Source: a virus
DNA length: 64,000 nt
Virus record (IMG/VR): IMGVR_UViG_3300049217_000117
Coordinates: 3,904-67,903 of that record
Reading direction: 5' to 3' (one strand)
Shown here: positions 46,278-55,329 of the stretch, piece after piece
Position numbering within the stretch: the first letter of the stretch is position 1
How the letters are laid out: each line of letters begins with the position of its first letter
Notes under the pieces: generated by a model
The model's input: the letters and a program-made list of their open reading frames with translations, nothing else
Database searches by the model: none
Told to the model about the DNA's origin: nothing
Made by a program: the position numbers and the translations under genes

Positions 46278-48170
46278 CTATACTGACCAAAAAAATCCCC
46301 CTTTCTTTCCAGTACCTTGTACGGGTTGCTCTCCGTTCAAGCGATTGCTGATCTCTCCTCGCATCTGATTGGCGTGTATAGAGGCTATACGGGCGCGTTC
46401 CTTGGCCTCAGGAGAGTTTGGATCGATCTGTTGACCCTTGTTGTCTAGCCAAACGACTTCGGGCCTCTGAGAGCCTTTAATGGGGAATAGGTTCTGACCG
46501 ACGTATCGAATCGCGTCCGTTTGGTCGGCTACGCCTGGCGTATCATCGGGTTCGAGCGTCGGGTTTCCGTCGGGTCCGACTTTGAAATGGTGCTTCAGGA
46601 AGGCAAAGATGACTTTTTGATTGGATGGAGTATTCAGAACTTTGAGCCATCTCCTACCGTGACCGTCAACTATCTTAGAACGGATAGCTTCGATGCCGCC
46701 CATCACGTCCTTGGTAAAGTCGGGCGATTTCATGTGGTTCTTATTGAATGACTTGATATGGGCTGGTTGAGCTTGGTCACAGTACCATTTTTGGACGTTG
46801 TATTTGTCTCGGTAGGTCTTGGCAATCTCCAAGCAGTCCGAGAATTCAAGGCCAGGCATGGAATAGCAGTCCACGATCCAGACTTCTCCGTTCGGGAGCA
46901 TGGCGAAGATAACGATAACGAAGTCGTGGGTGTAACCCCAGTCAACACCAGCATAGAAGCTGATGCCAAGCTGTTGCATTTTTAGGATCAAGTCTATGTC
47001 TGGGATCTCAGTTTTGTGAATTCCTTCTCCGACCAAAGTTTCCCAAGCATGTTCGACTGTGATGACATTACCTTTGTTGATAACGTTCTCGAACCTAGGA
47101 TAGACCATGCCTTTCGTAGAAGGCTTCCAGCACATGAGCTGAGCTTCGCCACGATCGGGGTCCACCTTCTTGATAGTATTGATCACGGCGCCGATAGGCT
47201 TGTACAGACCCTTTACGTCGTTTTCGGGCCTTTGAGCCAAACGAGTTCTGCATACCGAAAACAACTTACAGTCCGCACACCCAGCATAGGCATCTTTGAC
47301 GAATTCCCACTTTTCTTTTTGGATCTCTGGAAGTTCTTCGAATTCCTTGACGCTCAGCTGTCTAAGCGGTAGGTTTTTGGCAGCGTATAGATCTACTTTT
47401 GGTAACTCAGGCTTATGGCGTGAGATAGGGCAACGCTCTGCAACGTCCAGGATGTTCCAGCGAAGGATTTTATCTCCGGTCTCTGGGGCAGCGTCGATTT
47501 CCTTCTGCATGAGACCGAACGCGAATTTACGAGTCGAAAGCTTGACGGTGATCGGGTGAATGCCCTTGGAATAGCCTGGAATGAGCTTAGCTTCCTCATA
47601 CGCCTGAGGGTCTTTCACAACGTCGATCTCGTCGATGAACATTACGTTCGTGTGCGCAGAGTTTGCGCCAGACATGGTAGCAACGACGATCTGAATGTAG
47701 ACATCCTCTCCTTCGGGGGATTTCCATTCGATCATCGTCTTGTTCTGAGATTTGTTTTCCCAGCCAGCCACAGTAAGCAGTGGTTCGATCTTGGAGAAGA
47801 AGTAGTTGATGTACTTGACCGATTTGGCCGACTGGTCTTTAATGGCCGCCATGTGGGCGATAGTCAGCTGGAAATGAATTATCATCAGCACTTCCAAAAT
47901 GGAAGCCGATAAGGTTTTGTATCCTTCACGGGCAGAGAGCATGATGAACCCAGGACTTGTCTCGCCCTTGTTCTCTTTGATAGCTGAGTAAATCTCCCAC
48001 ATTGCTTCGATGGGGCTACTGTTGCTGTCAGGGTCGATGTGACCCATGGGCATGTCTAGACCAAGAAATGTGACGATCCAGTTTTTAAGCTCTAAGGGCG
48101 AGCTTAGGGGTAGGAGCATGTACTCCGCCAGATCTTTCTTTTCTGAGTCTGACAGAGCTTTGAAGTTCAT
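46278..48170 (-). CDS. terminase large subunit
   Basis: AREGYKT (Walker A), FIDEID (Walker B), GVDWGY, D..DAIRY. Confidence 0.88.
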   Translation of the reverse strand: MNFKALSDSEKKDLAEYMLLPLSSPLELKNWIVTFLGLDMPMGHIDPDSNSSPIEAMWEIYSAIKENKGETSPGFIMLSAREGYKTLSASILEVLMIIHFQLTIAHMAAIKDQSAKSVKYINYFFSKIEPLLTVAGWENKSQNKTMIEWKSPEGEDVYIQIVVATMSGANSAHTNVMFIDEIDVVKDPQAYEEAKLIPGYSKGIHPITVKLSTRKFAFGLMQKEIDAAPETGDKILRWNILDVAERCPISRHKPELPKVDLYAAKNLPLRQLSVKEFEELPEIQKEKWEFVKDAYAGCADCKLFSVCRTRLAQRPENDVKGLYKPIGAVINTIKKVDPDRGEAQLMCWKPSTKGMVYPRFENVINKGNVITVEHAWETLVGEGIHKTEIPDIDLILKMQQLGISFYAGVDWGYTHDFVIVIFAMLPNGEVWIVDCYSMPGLEFSDCLEIAKTYRDKYNVQKWYCDQAQPAHIKSFNKNHMKSPDFTKDVMGGIEAIRSKIVDGHGRRWLKVLNTPSNQKVIFAFLKHHFKVGPDGNPTLEPDDTPGVADQTDAIRYVGQNLFPIKGSQRPEVVWLDNKGQQIDPNSPEAKERARIASIHANQMRGEISNRLNGEQPVQGTGKKGGFFWSV

Positions 48171-48442
48171 ACGAAAAATTCAATGGACTGGTAGGCGTAG
48201 ACCAGCCATTCCCCTTTGATCGTTGGATGAAAATCTTCAGTATTGACCGCGATACACACATCATAGTGCGGCTGGGCTGCGCCGCTGATATTGGACGCGT
48301 CAGTGATTTTGAAATCCGCGCCCGATTTCAACCTAAGCTTTCTAGCCTGGTTGAGCCTGTCAGGGTCGGTATCCATGAATTCTACGCTGTAGCCTCTATG
48401 AAGATAGTGGGCTACCACGTCTAGTGGTTCGACGAACTTCAT
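48167..48442 (-). CDS. hypothetical protein
   Basis: AAGGA RBS; overlaps the terminase start. Confidence 0.55.
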   Translation of the reverse strand: MKFVEPLDVVAHYLHRGYSVEFMDTDPDRLNQARKLRLKSGADFKITDASNISGAAQPHYDVCIAVNTEDFHPTIKGEWLVYAYQSIEFFV

Positions 48443-48621
48443 TTTTGATTTCCTTCTTAGCCTTACTGCGAGCAACCGTCTTGCTTTGCTTGCGCTGTTG
48501 CGTGCAAAGGAAACAGCCGTCCCCTTTGTAATCAGATTTTCTTTTGTATCCGTAAGGCTTCATAATCCTTAAAGATTATGTCGCAAAGAAGTCATCACCG
48601 ATATTTCCAATTCCAACCATA

Positions 48622-50391
48622 TTAAGGCCTCTCGTTTGCTTCGTTAGTAAACTGGTTTGGGTTTTCCACCGATCGGGTGAATTCAGAGTCCAGTCTGGCC
48701 TCCGAGCGTTCAAAAACATCGTCACGGGGATGACATACCATGCCGCCCATGGTTCCAAGGACATTGGCGATGCTGACAGCATTGCTCAGTGACTCGGACA
48801 CCGCTTTCGTGGCATCAAACAGGCCAAGCTCCTCTGCTTTACCGTAGACCTGATTTTCCACGTCATAAACGACTTCTGGATCATTGATCAGGGTATGAAG
48901 GACATCCTCAATTTCATCTTTGCTATAGCCAGCATTTTCCAGGAGTCTGTTGGGGAGCGATAGCAGGGAAGGCATCAGCACTTCTCTGGCTGGATCGTTC
49001 GTTTCAAGCTCTTGTGCGATTTTGATAGCCATATCTATCGCGAGCCTGCATCCACCGGGTAGAGCACCGTAACCAATAGCAGAACGAACGGCACACACGG
49101 CGTCTTCGCAACGATCGTGGGCTTCTTTAAGCTCACCGTTTGATCCACCATAGATGGTTAACTTAGCGATACCGTTGGTAATTTTACCAATACGCTCTTC
49201 GAGCATTAGCCTCTCGGCTTGACTCTCAGCGCTGTTCATCTGAGTCTTAAGCTGTTCGGCTCGTACTTCTACATTCACTGGATCGGGATTGCCGACCACA
49301 GTGGAACGGAAGCGTGAGGCCTCGAAACTTTCCATGCTGCTTCCCAGATCGCTAGCCGTTGCCCGGCTGACCTGATCTTTTAAGCCGAAGACCTTGGCGC
49401 CAGTGAAAGCGGCCAGGTCGTACAGGAAATGGGTCTGACTGTTCAGGAACTGAGCCATAGGGGTGATCATCGGAAGGATGTTCATGGTCCCTGGGTCGCT
49501 GAAGTTGAATGCGAACTGCGTCAAAACACTCTCGCTGAACCCATGAGCGAAGATCACGATGTTCTTGAAATCGGAATCTCCGTTGACGTACTTCTGTCCG
49601 CACTGAGCAAGCAACGAATCTATAGATACAAGATCGTTCAGGTTTCCATCGTACAGGAGGAACAGGGGCTTTTCCAGATAACAGCGTTGATTGCCTTGGT
49701 CATTGATGAAAGCTACGTGCAGCTTACCAATACTTTCTTCCAGACCCATGGGGATCGGGAAGCCGTCAATACGCTGGACTTTGTATGCTTTCTTACCGCT
49801 CAGCTCTCGGATTGTAACGTGAGAACTGTCCCCGTAACCGATTTGCTCGAACGCGTCGATTACGGCGGCGGCCATATCATCATCCCCGTTGGCGGAAATC
49901 TTGGCGACCATCTTCAAAAGCTTCTGATTCTCCTCTCCGATCTTGATAGATCGAGATTTGATATACGGCATCAACACCTTCTCGGTGATCTCACTGATCC
50001 GGCGCGTAGCTTTTTGAGGGCTGTACTTTGGATTTTTTTCGCAGAAGTCAAAAAGGTTCTGAATAATAGAGTAGGCTAGTACAGTAGCGGTCGTAGTTCC
50101 GTCACCGGCTTCCGTAGCAGTTCGCTGCGCAACGTCACGCGTGCTCTCAATTATTAAATGCTCATAAGCATCATTAGAACCTAGAGATTTAAAAATTGTT
50201 ACTCCGTCTTTGGTGAGTTTGTTCGGAATACCTGGGTAGTCGGACTCGATCATAGTTACGCGTCCACCAGGACCAAGAGACGAGCCAACGATATCTGACA
50301 CTTTTCTCATGGTGTCTAAAACTTTGTTTTTTAGGAATTTTTGATCACATGCAAAAATTTTTGGGGCTGACTTAGCTTTACGAGCTGACAT
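48622..50391 (-). CDS. groEL: GroEL-like chaperonin
   Basis: SLGPGG, TKDGVT, AGDGTTTATVLA, EDAVCA, PGG. Confidence 0.92.
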   Translation of the reverse strand: MSARKAKSAPKIFACDQKFLKNKVLDTMRKVSDIVGSSLGPGGRVTMIESDYPGIPNKLTKDGVTIFKSLGSNDAYEHLIIESTRDVAQRTATEAGDGTTTATVLAYSIIQNLFDFCEKNPKYSPQKATRRISEITEKVLMPYIKSRSIKIGEENQKLLKMVAKISANGDDDMAAAVIDAFEQIGYGDSSHVTIRELSGKKAYKVQRIDGFPIPMGLEESIGKLHVAFINDQGNQRCYLEKPLFLLYDGNLNDLVSIDSLLAQCGQKYVNGDSDFKNIVIFAHGFSESVLTQFAFNFSDPGTMNILPMITPMAQFLNSQTHFLYDLAAFTGAKVFGLKDQVSRATASDLGSSMESFEASRFRSTVVGNPDPVNVEVRAEQLKTQMNSAESQAERLMLEERIGKITNGIAKLTIYGGSNGELKEAHDRCEDAVCAVRSAIGYGALPGGCRLAIDMAIKIAQELETNDPAREVLMPSLLSLPNRLLENAGYSKDEIEDVLHTLINDPEVVYDVENQVYGKAEELGLFDATKAVSESLSNAVSIANVLGTMGGMVCHPRDDVFERSEARLDSEFTRSVENPNQFTNEANERP

Positions 50392-50834
50392 CTTTTCTCC
50401 GATTGTCTGCTATTCTGAAAACTCTATTTAAAAAACCTTCCATGGTTTTATCTGTTTTCATTAGATTGCACGGAGTACAACACGGGACGGAATTTTCATT
50501 CGTGTAGCCACCGTTAGAGTCTAGCCTGTCTATTCCATTAGCCAAGTAGACGCTCATATCGTTTTTTCGCTTATATCCATGACTTCTTGCGGAAGGAGGA
50601 TCGTCACAATAAAAACAGTTCATAGAGCATATATCATAGAATTCACGATCGCTTAAAGTGAACGAAATGCCCAATGAAGCCGATCTGCTCTTATATTTCC
50701 TGGCAATTGACTTTCTTGTGCCGCACTGGCACTCGCAAATCCAAAAAGAACCTCTTTCGAGCCCTATTTTGGATAAATCTCTACAAATTACAATAAGTTG
50801 ACCGAATTTTTTGGCTATTAGATCTTATTTTCAT
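50378..50834 (-). pseudogene. frameshifted HNH-like homing endonuclease
   Basis: DLI.KKFGQL.V...WICECQCG and GIDRLDS..GY..EN.VPCC motifs; the ATG at 50834 is out of frame by 1 nt. Confidence 0.65.
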
Positions 50835-50901
50835 AATATAAAGATTGTCACGAATTGAAATTTTTGTACACTTCAAACTGTCCATGATATGGTAGCCATA
50901 C

Positions 50902-52407
50902 ATGGAAATTACTATCCGGACTCCTACCAAGGCATTCCTGACTGCTTATACCGAAGAAGAGTTCCAGAAACTGACCAAACAGCTCAGCTACACGAACACT
51001 GCAGCCGCGCATCAGGTAAAGCGTCACTACAATAACCAATGGGCCAGGCGAAAGAATCCTGACGCATGGGCCAAGACATTGGATGAGCTGAAAAGCCAGG
51101 TCCACAACTGTCTTATTTGGGAAGAAAACGGCGAGAGATTCATCAGGCCTGGCTCGATATGCTATCTGGAAAAGCTAGACCTAAAGGTCACAAATACGAT
51201 CAAGTATCCTACGCCCAAAAAGGTCGCGTGGGCTAAGCCTCTTCCATTTGTCTTGTATCCCTACCAAGAGATCAGCTGGGTTGAACTGATCTCCAATTTC
51301 CATTCGAATGTAGAGCTTTGCACTGGATCAGGCAAGTCAGCTATTATTCTCAAGTACTGCAGAGAGACTGGTTATAAAACCGTCATCGTAGCACCTGGAA
51401 AGAGTGTCTTCTACGAACTAATCGAAAAGTTCGAATACCATTTTGGTCGAGGCATGGTTGGAAAGTTCGGCGATCAAAAGAGAGATCTCGGCAAACGCTT
51501 CACGATCGCCATCGGCGATTCCTTGGCTAATCTGAAGCCTGGGACCGCTGAGTGGGAATTCTTTTCCACCATGGAGGCCATGTGCATTGACGAGGCCCAT
51601 ACATGGGGCGCAGAGACCTTAGACGAGGTTTGTCACGGTGTCCTGGGCAATGTTCCGTGTCGCACATACTATTCGGCCACTATGACACGCGGAGACGGTG
51701 CCGAAAAGCTTCTGAAGAGCATTGTGGCAAGGACCGTATGTGTTCTAACTACCAAGGAAGCCAAGGAAAAGGGCTATATTTGCGACCACGATTACCGGAT
51801 TGTGGAAGTTGAGTCAAGCGATCCTAACTATGCTACCGCTGATCCTCTAGACATGAAACGCGTGCATCACTTGAATAATCGAAATATTCGAAACTTCGTC
51901 GCCAGGCTTGCGAATGCGGACGCCAAGGTCAACAAGAGACAAACACTTGTTTTGGTTGATGAATTAAGTCAAATCGCCGCTCTGATCCCGCTTCTGACGG
52001 TGCCCTATGTGGTCGCCCACTCTGAAAAGAAAAAAGAAAGACTTGCAACCCTGGGCCTTGAAAAGGTGGACTACGCAGAAAGCGTAGAGAAGTTCAACAA
52101 GGGCGAGGCTATGGTTCTGATCGGAACCACTTGTATTTCCACAGGAACCAATATCTTCCCTGTCCACAACTGCTTCAATTGGCAGGGCGGCTGTAGCGAA
52201 ATTCGCACTAAGCAAGGCTCTATTGGACGTGCCGTAAGAATCGGATCTCATAATCCATGGGCCGATCGATGCGCCGTTAAGACAAAATCGACTATTTGGG
52301 ATTTCCGAGTCGTCGATGTGTATATTATGGATCGCCAAACGGACGATCGGATTGAATTTTATAGAGAAAGTGGTTCAGAGATAAGAACAATAAAGCTAAA
52401 AAGATGA
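50902..52407 (+). CDS. superfamily 2 DNA helicase (UvsW-like)
   Basis: TGSGKS, DEAH, SAT, QGSIGRAVR. Confidence 0.9.
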   Translation: MEITIRTPTKAFLTAYTEEEFQKLTKQLSYTNTAAAHQVKRHYNNQWARRKNPDAWAKTLDELKSQVHNCLIWEENGERFIRPGSICYLEKLDLKVTNTIKYPTPKKVAWAKPLPFVLYPYQEISWVELISNFHSNVELCTGSGKSAIILKYCRETGYKTVIVAPGKSVFYELIEKFEYHFGRGMVGKFGDQKRDLGKRFTIAIGDSLANLKPGTAEWEFFSTMEAMCIDEAHTWGAETLDEVCHGVLGNVPCRTYYSATMTRGDGAEKLLKSIVARTVCVLTTKEAKEKGYICDHDYRIVEVESSDPNYATADPLDMKRVHHLNNRNIRNFVARLANADAKVNKRQTLVLVDELSQIAALIPLLTVPYVVAHSEKKKERLATLGLEKVDYAESVEKFNKGEAMVLIGTTCISTGTNIFPVHNCFNWQGGCSEIRTKQGSIGRAVRIGSHNPWADRCAVKTKSTIWDFRVVDVYIMDRQTDDRIEFYRESGSEIRTIKLKR

Positions 52408-52472
52408 GGAATGGCAAGGTACGGCAAGCTCATGCGGTGCCCGGTGTGGTGAGGCAAGGTAGGGTTTTTATT
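52408..52472 (+). repeat. GGY-NN pentamer array A (~12 units)
   Basis: GGCaa GGTac GGCaa ... GGCaa GGTag GGTtt. Confidence 0.85.
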
Positions 52473-52510
52473 TTGCGTTTTCAAAAAGACCGTGTAGTAT
52501 TATCGCATAA

Positions 52511-52587
52511 GGCGAGGTTTGGTCGGGCGAGGCGTCGTGAAGCTGGGTTGGGTCTGGCAAGGCACGGTAAGGTGAGCCAAGGTTTTT
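52511..52587 (+). repeat. GGY-NN pentamer array B (15 units)
   Basis: GGCga GGTtt GGTcg GGCga GGCgt ... GGTtt; promoter-like TTGCGT-N16-TAGTAT upstream. Confidence 0.9.
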
Positions 52588-52602
52588 AACGAAAGGAAAT
52601 GT

Positions 52603-53172
52603 ATGTTCAAGAAAGTCACTTTTGAGTTGAATGGAACTGGTCCTCTTTTGATGCACAAGTTTACTACGGAAATCTCCGAAGAGACCGTTACAAGAGGAAA
52701 GAAGGATTACGGTACTCCGCAAAAACAAGCGGAAGAGGTTGCCTACTTCGATAAGGACACAAAAAAGCTTTTCATGCCAAGCACTTGGATTCAGGGTGCA
52801 ATTAAGCAGGTTTCTAGTGATTTCAAATGTTCCGGAAATAAGAAAAAGACAATCAAATCCGTCATCGGTGGCGCAGTTCGAGTAACGCAACCTAAGATTT
52901 ATTTCTCTGATGATCGCACTCTGGACAGCATTGAGATTTTCTCAAGTCCAGTTGTGGTGCAACGCGCCCGCGTGATTCGTCACCGTCCCCAGATCAACAA
53001 TTGGTGTGCAACGGTAGAGGTTCTGGTAGACACTAGTTTGGTTTCTACCAAAGAAGTTGAAGCGCTTTTCCGCGATGCTGGTCATCGGGTCGGAATTGGT
53101 GATTTCCGTATCGCTAAAGGTGGACCTTTCGGTTCATTCTCTGCCAAAAAGCTTACTGAGATTGATTTGTAA
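52603..53172 (+). CDS. RAMP/Cas7-like protein
   Basis: N-terminal GTGPLLMH, FMPSTWIQGAI, C-terminal glycine loop GIGDFRIAKGGPFGSF. Confidence 0.65.
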   Translation: MFKKVTFELNGTGPLLMHKFTTEISEETVTRGKKDYGTPQKQAEEVAYFDKDTKKLFMPSTWIQGAIKQVSSDFKCSGNKKKTIKSVIGGAVRVTQPKIYFSDDRTLDSIEIFSSPVVVQRARVIRHRPQINNWCATVEVLVDTSLVSTKEVEALFRDAGHRVGIGDFRIAKGGPFGSFSAKKLTEIDL

Positions 53173-53177
53173 TTTGA

Positions 53178-53243
53178 GGTCCGGCATGGCGAACCATGGC
53201 TTGGTCGGTCTAGGCGAAGCGAGCAACGGTAAGGTAAGGTTTT
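53178..53243 (+). repeat. GGY-NN pentamer array C (13 units)
   Basis: GGTcc GGCat GGCga ... GGTaa GGTaa GGTtt. Confidence 0.9.
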
Positions 53244-53258
53244 AATAAATTAAATTTG

Positions 53259-53313
53259 GGCGGGGCACGGCGCGGTCGGGCCTGGTGTGGCTTGGCAAGG
53301 CAAGGTGGGGTAA
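53259..53313 (+). repeat. GGY-NN pentamer array D (11 perfect units)
   Basis: GGCgg GGCac GGCgc GGTcg GGCct GGTgt GGCtt GGCaa GGCaa GGTgg GGTaa. Confidence 0.92.
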
Positions 53314-53317
53314 GTTT

Positions 53318-53731
53318 ATGGATGAAAAAACGCTCAAGTATTTGGAAGAGCTGCAGAATCCAGAAAAATGTGAATTTGTGCTGCCCAGTGTTCAAGTGAA
53401 GGCGCGTGAGCCGTTTTCGAAAGATAAATCGAGTGCACCTATCAGCGAACTCCCTCTTTTTCAACCAATTCATGAAGTTATAGACAGAAACGTTCACTTT
53501 ACTCCAGTTGGCGCCGTGCCGGACGATCTCAGAAAAAGTGTTTTTGAAAGAGATGGGTACAAGTGTGTCAAATGCGATGCGACAGATTATCTTGAATGTG
53601 ATCACGCTAAGCCTAGAGCAAAAGGCGGATTAAACGAATTATCTAATTTACAGACGCTATGTAGGCGATGTAATTCAGAAAAGGGCGTAACCGAATGGTA
53701 CGGCCCAACCCTGAATGTTGAAGTAAATTGA
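53318..53731 (+). CDS. HNH endonuclease
   Basis: RDGYKCVKC, DH.KP...GG....NLQTLCRRCN. Confidence 0.88.
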   Translation: MDEKTLKYLEELQNPEKCEFVLPSVQVKAREPFSKDKSSAPISELPLFQPIHEVIDRNVHFTPVGAVPDDLRKSVFERDGYKCVKCDATDYLECDHAKPRAKGGLNELSNLQTLCRRCNSEKGVTEWYGPTLNVEVN

Positions 53732-53742
53732 ACTATGATTTC

Positions 53743-53808
53743 GGTGTGGTGCGGCTGCCATGGGTGCGGTGTGGTTATGCGTGATTTGGTTTGGTAAGGT
53801 AAGGTTTT
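53743..53808 (+). repeat. GGY-NN pentamer array E (13 units)
   Basis: GGTgt GGTgc GGCtg ... GGTaa GGTaa GGTtt. Confidence 0.9.
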
Positions 53809-53828
53809 CCTTGTGATATATACGGGGC

Positions 53829-54860
53829 ATGAGCAAGCCTCGCAGACAAGAGAGGTTTGACGATTCTTTCTACAGGCTGGCCGGAGAGGTCACTAGAGCC
53901 CTGGAGAAAAACAAGGACGGAACGATTCAGAAAGAGCAGGTCGAAGAGCTGCTTGATGCTGAACGAAAGTTCAAGGAAACTGTCCTTAAGTATCGTCAAT
54001 CCACGGAAGTGTACAAGAAGTTCCTACAAAAGGTGTGCATCCAGAATAAAAATATTCTGAGTGCTCGTCCCTATTTTAGGGAGACGGCTACGTTCTTTAG
54101 CAAAAAAATCACTCCGGCCATAAAAGAGAGCAACATTGAGCTTCTGAAGACGTTTGACATCAACTACCAGTTCATTACCTTTATCCGTAATTCCTGGCTA
54201 GGGCCGTTTCCAAAACGCGCCGAGCAGCTTTACCAACGAGTCCACAGGGCTCGAACCATCCTAATCGAAAACAACATGCCACTGGCGATTAACCGTGCCA
54301 AGCTGTTCTACCGTAAGACACCAAAGAGTCATCTGACCCTGATGGATTTTATCGGGATCTGTTCGATGGGCCTCGCCGCAGGTATCGACAAATGGTGCGG
54401 TACCTATTCCCCAGTTTTCAGGTCGGTTTGTATCGGACGTATGGTCGGCAACATGATTGACTCGTATAGCGAGACAATGCTACACTTCTATCCATCCGAC
54501 AAAAGAATTCTCTACAAGGCCCACACGATTCGTGGCCGAAGAGGAATCGATGAGATCCACGAACTGACCGATGCTGTGAATACCAGTTTCGAACAGGACG
54601 AACTGGAAGGCAAGACGATTCCCAAGGGAAATATTGAGGTCGGTGAGCTGAGCGCACTAATGAATGCGGCCAGTACAGTCAGTGCAGATGCTACGTTGAA
54701 CGAAGAGGGATACGGCGTCTATCACTACACGGAAGATCCGACCCAAGACATCGAGGGGGCCTATATGGAAAAAGAGGCAACTAGTAAAATGCTTCTCCTC
54801 GCGAAAGAGCTTCCAATCCTACATAGAAAAGTGCTAAAGCTGAAAGGAATCAAACTATGA
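53829..54860 (+). CDS. RNA polymerase sigma-70-like factor
   Basis: LIENNMPLAI..AK and DFIG....GL..GIDKW (region 2); C-terminal L....RKVL.L. Confidence 0.7.
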   Translation: MSKPRRQERFDDSFYRLAGEVTRALEKNKDGTIQKEQVEELLDAERKFKETVLKYRQSTEVYKKFLQKVCIQNKNILSARPYFRETATFFSKKITPAIKESNIELLKTFDINYQFITFIRNSWLGPFPKRAEQLYQRVHRARTILIENNMPLAINRAKLFYRKTPKSHLTLMDFIGICSMGLAAGIDKWCGTYSPVFRSVCIGRMVGNMIDSYSETMLHFYPSDKRILYKAHTIRGRRGIDEIHELTDAVNTSFEQDELEGKTIPKGNIEVGELSALMNAASTVSADATLNEEGYGVYHYTEDPTQDIEGAYMEKEATSKMLLLAKELPILHRKVLKLKGIKL

Positions 54861-55225
54861 AAACCACAGTAGACGGTCTGTCATTGGACGACGGCATGTT
54901 TCATCTTCAGTCCACCCGATCGCTGAACAACCGTTTGGTGATCGAGGCATATAAGAAAGAAGGCCTGAGAGCGAACGTGCAGCACGGATTCGCCCGCCTT
55001 GACCAAAAACTTGCCGTGAAGGGTCTCACGATCCTCATGGACGCAAAGCTCAACGATGGCACATTTGTTCCCAAGGGAAGTAAGGCGTATATCCGAGAGG
55101 AAACGCTTCACACCGCACCCTGGGCACAGAAGATCCTTGAATCAGACTTGCTAGGCCAGCCTTTCATGATCACCGATCTCGCCAACGTTGAGTTCATTGA
55201 ACCCCCAACCGATCCAGCTGCATGA
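54857..55225 (+). CDS. divergent GroES-like co-chaperonin (putative)
   Basis: SLNNRLVI, mobile-loop-like HGF, VPKGSKAYI, GQPFMI patterns. Confidence 0.45.
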   Translation: MKTTVDGLSLDDGMFHLQSTRSLNNRLVIEAYKKEGLRANVQHGFARLDQKLAVKGLTILMDAKLNDGTFVPKGSKAYIREETLHTAPWAQKILESDLLGQPFMITDLANVEFIEPPTDPAA

Positions 55226-55329
55226 AAATCTGTAGTAAGTGTAAGGAAAACAAGGATATTTCTGAATTTTACAGGGACAGTCCGGAAATCATGGGAGAGG
55301 CCATAAAGTATGTCACTCAGGATACTTAG
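55222..55329 (+). pseudogene. remnant of a homing endonuclease N-terminus
   Basis: MKICSKCKENKDISEFY followed by an early stop. Confidence 0.5.

Noticed and set aside
42313-48170. Introns or inteins in terminase or portal
   Set aside because: Both ORFs are continuous and of normal size; the endonucleases are free-standing.
52404-52589. ORF MRNGKVRQAHA... and the upstream extension of 53285-53731
   Set aside because: These are translations of the GGY-NN arrays; a 5-nt period argues against coding, and the HNH gene more likely starts at 53318.
52408-53808. Canonical CRISPR array
   Set aside because: No 25-45 bp repeats with spacers and no cas1/cas2; the unit is a pentamer.
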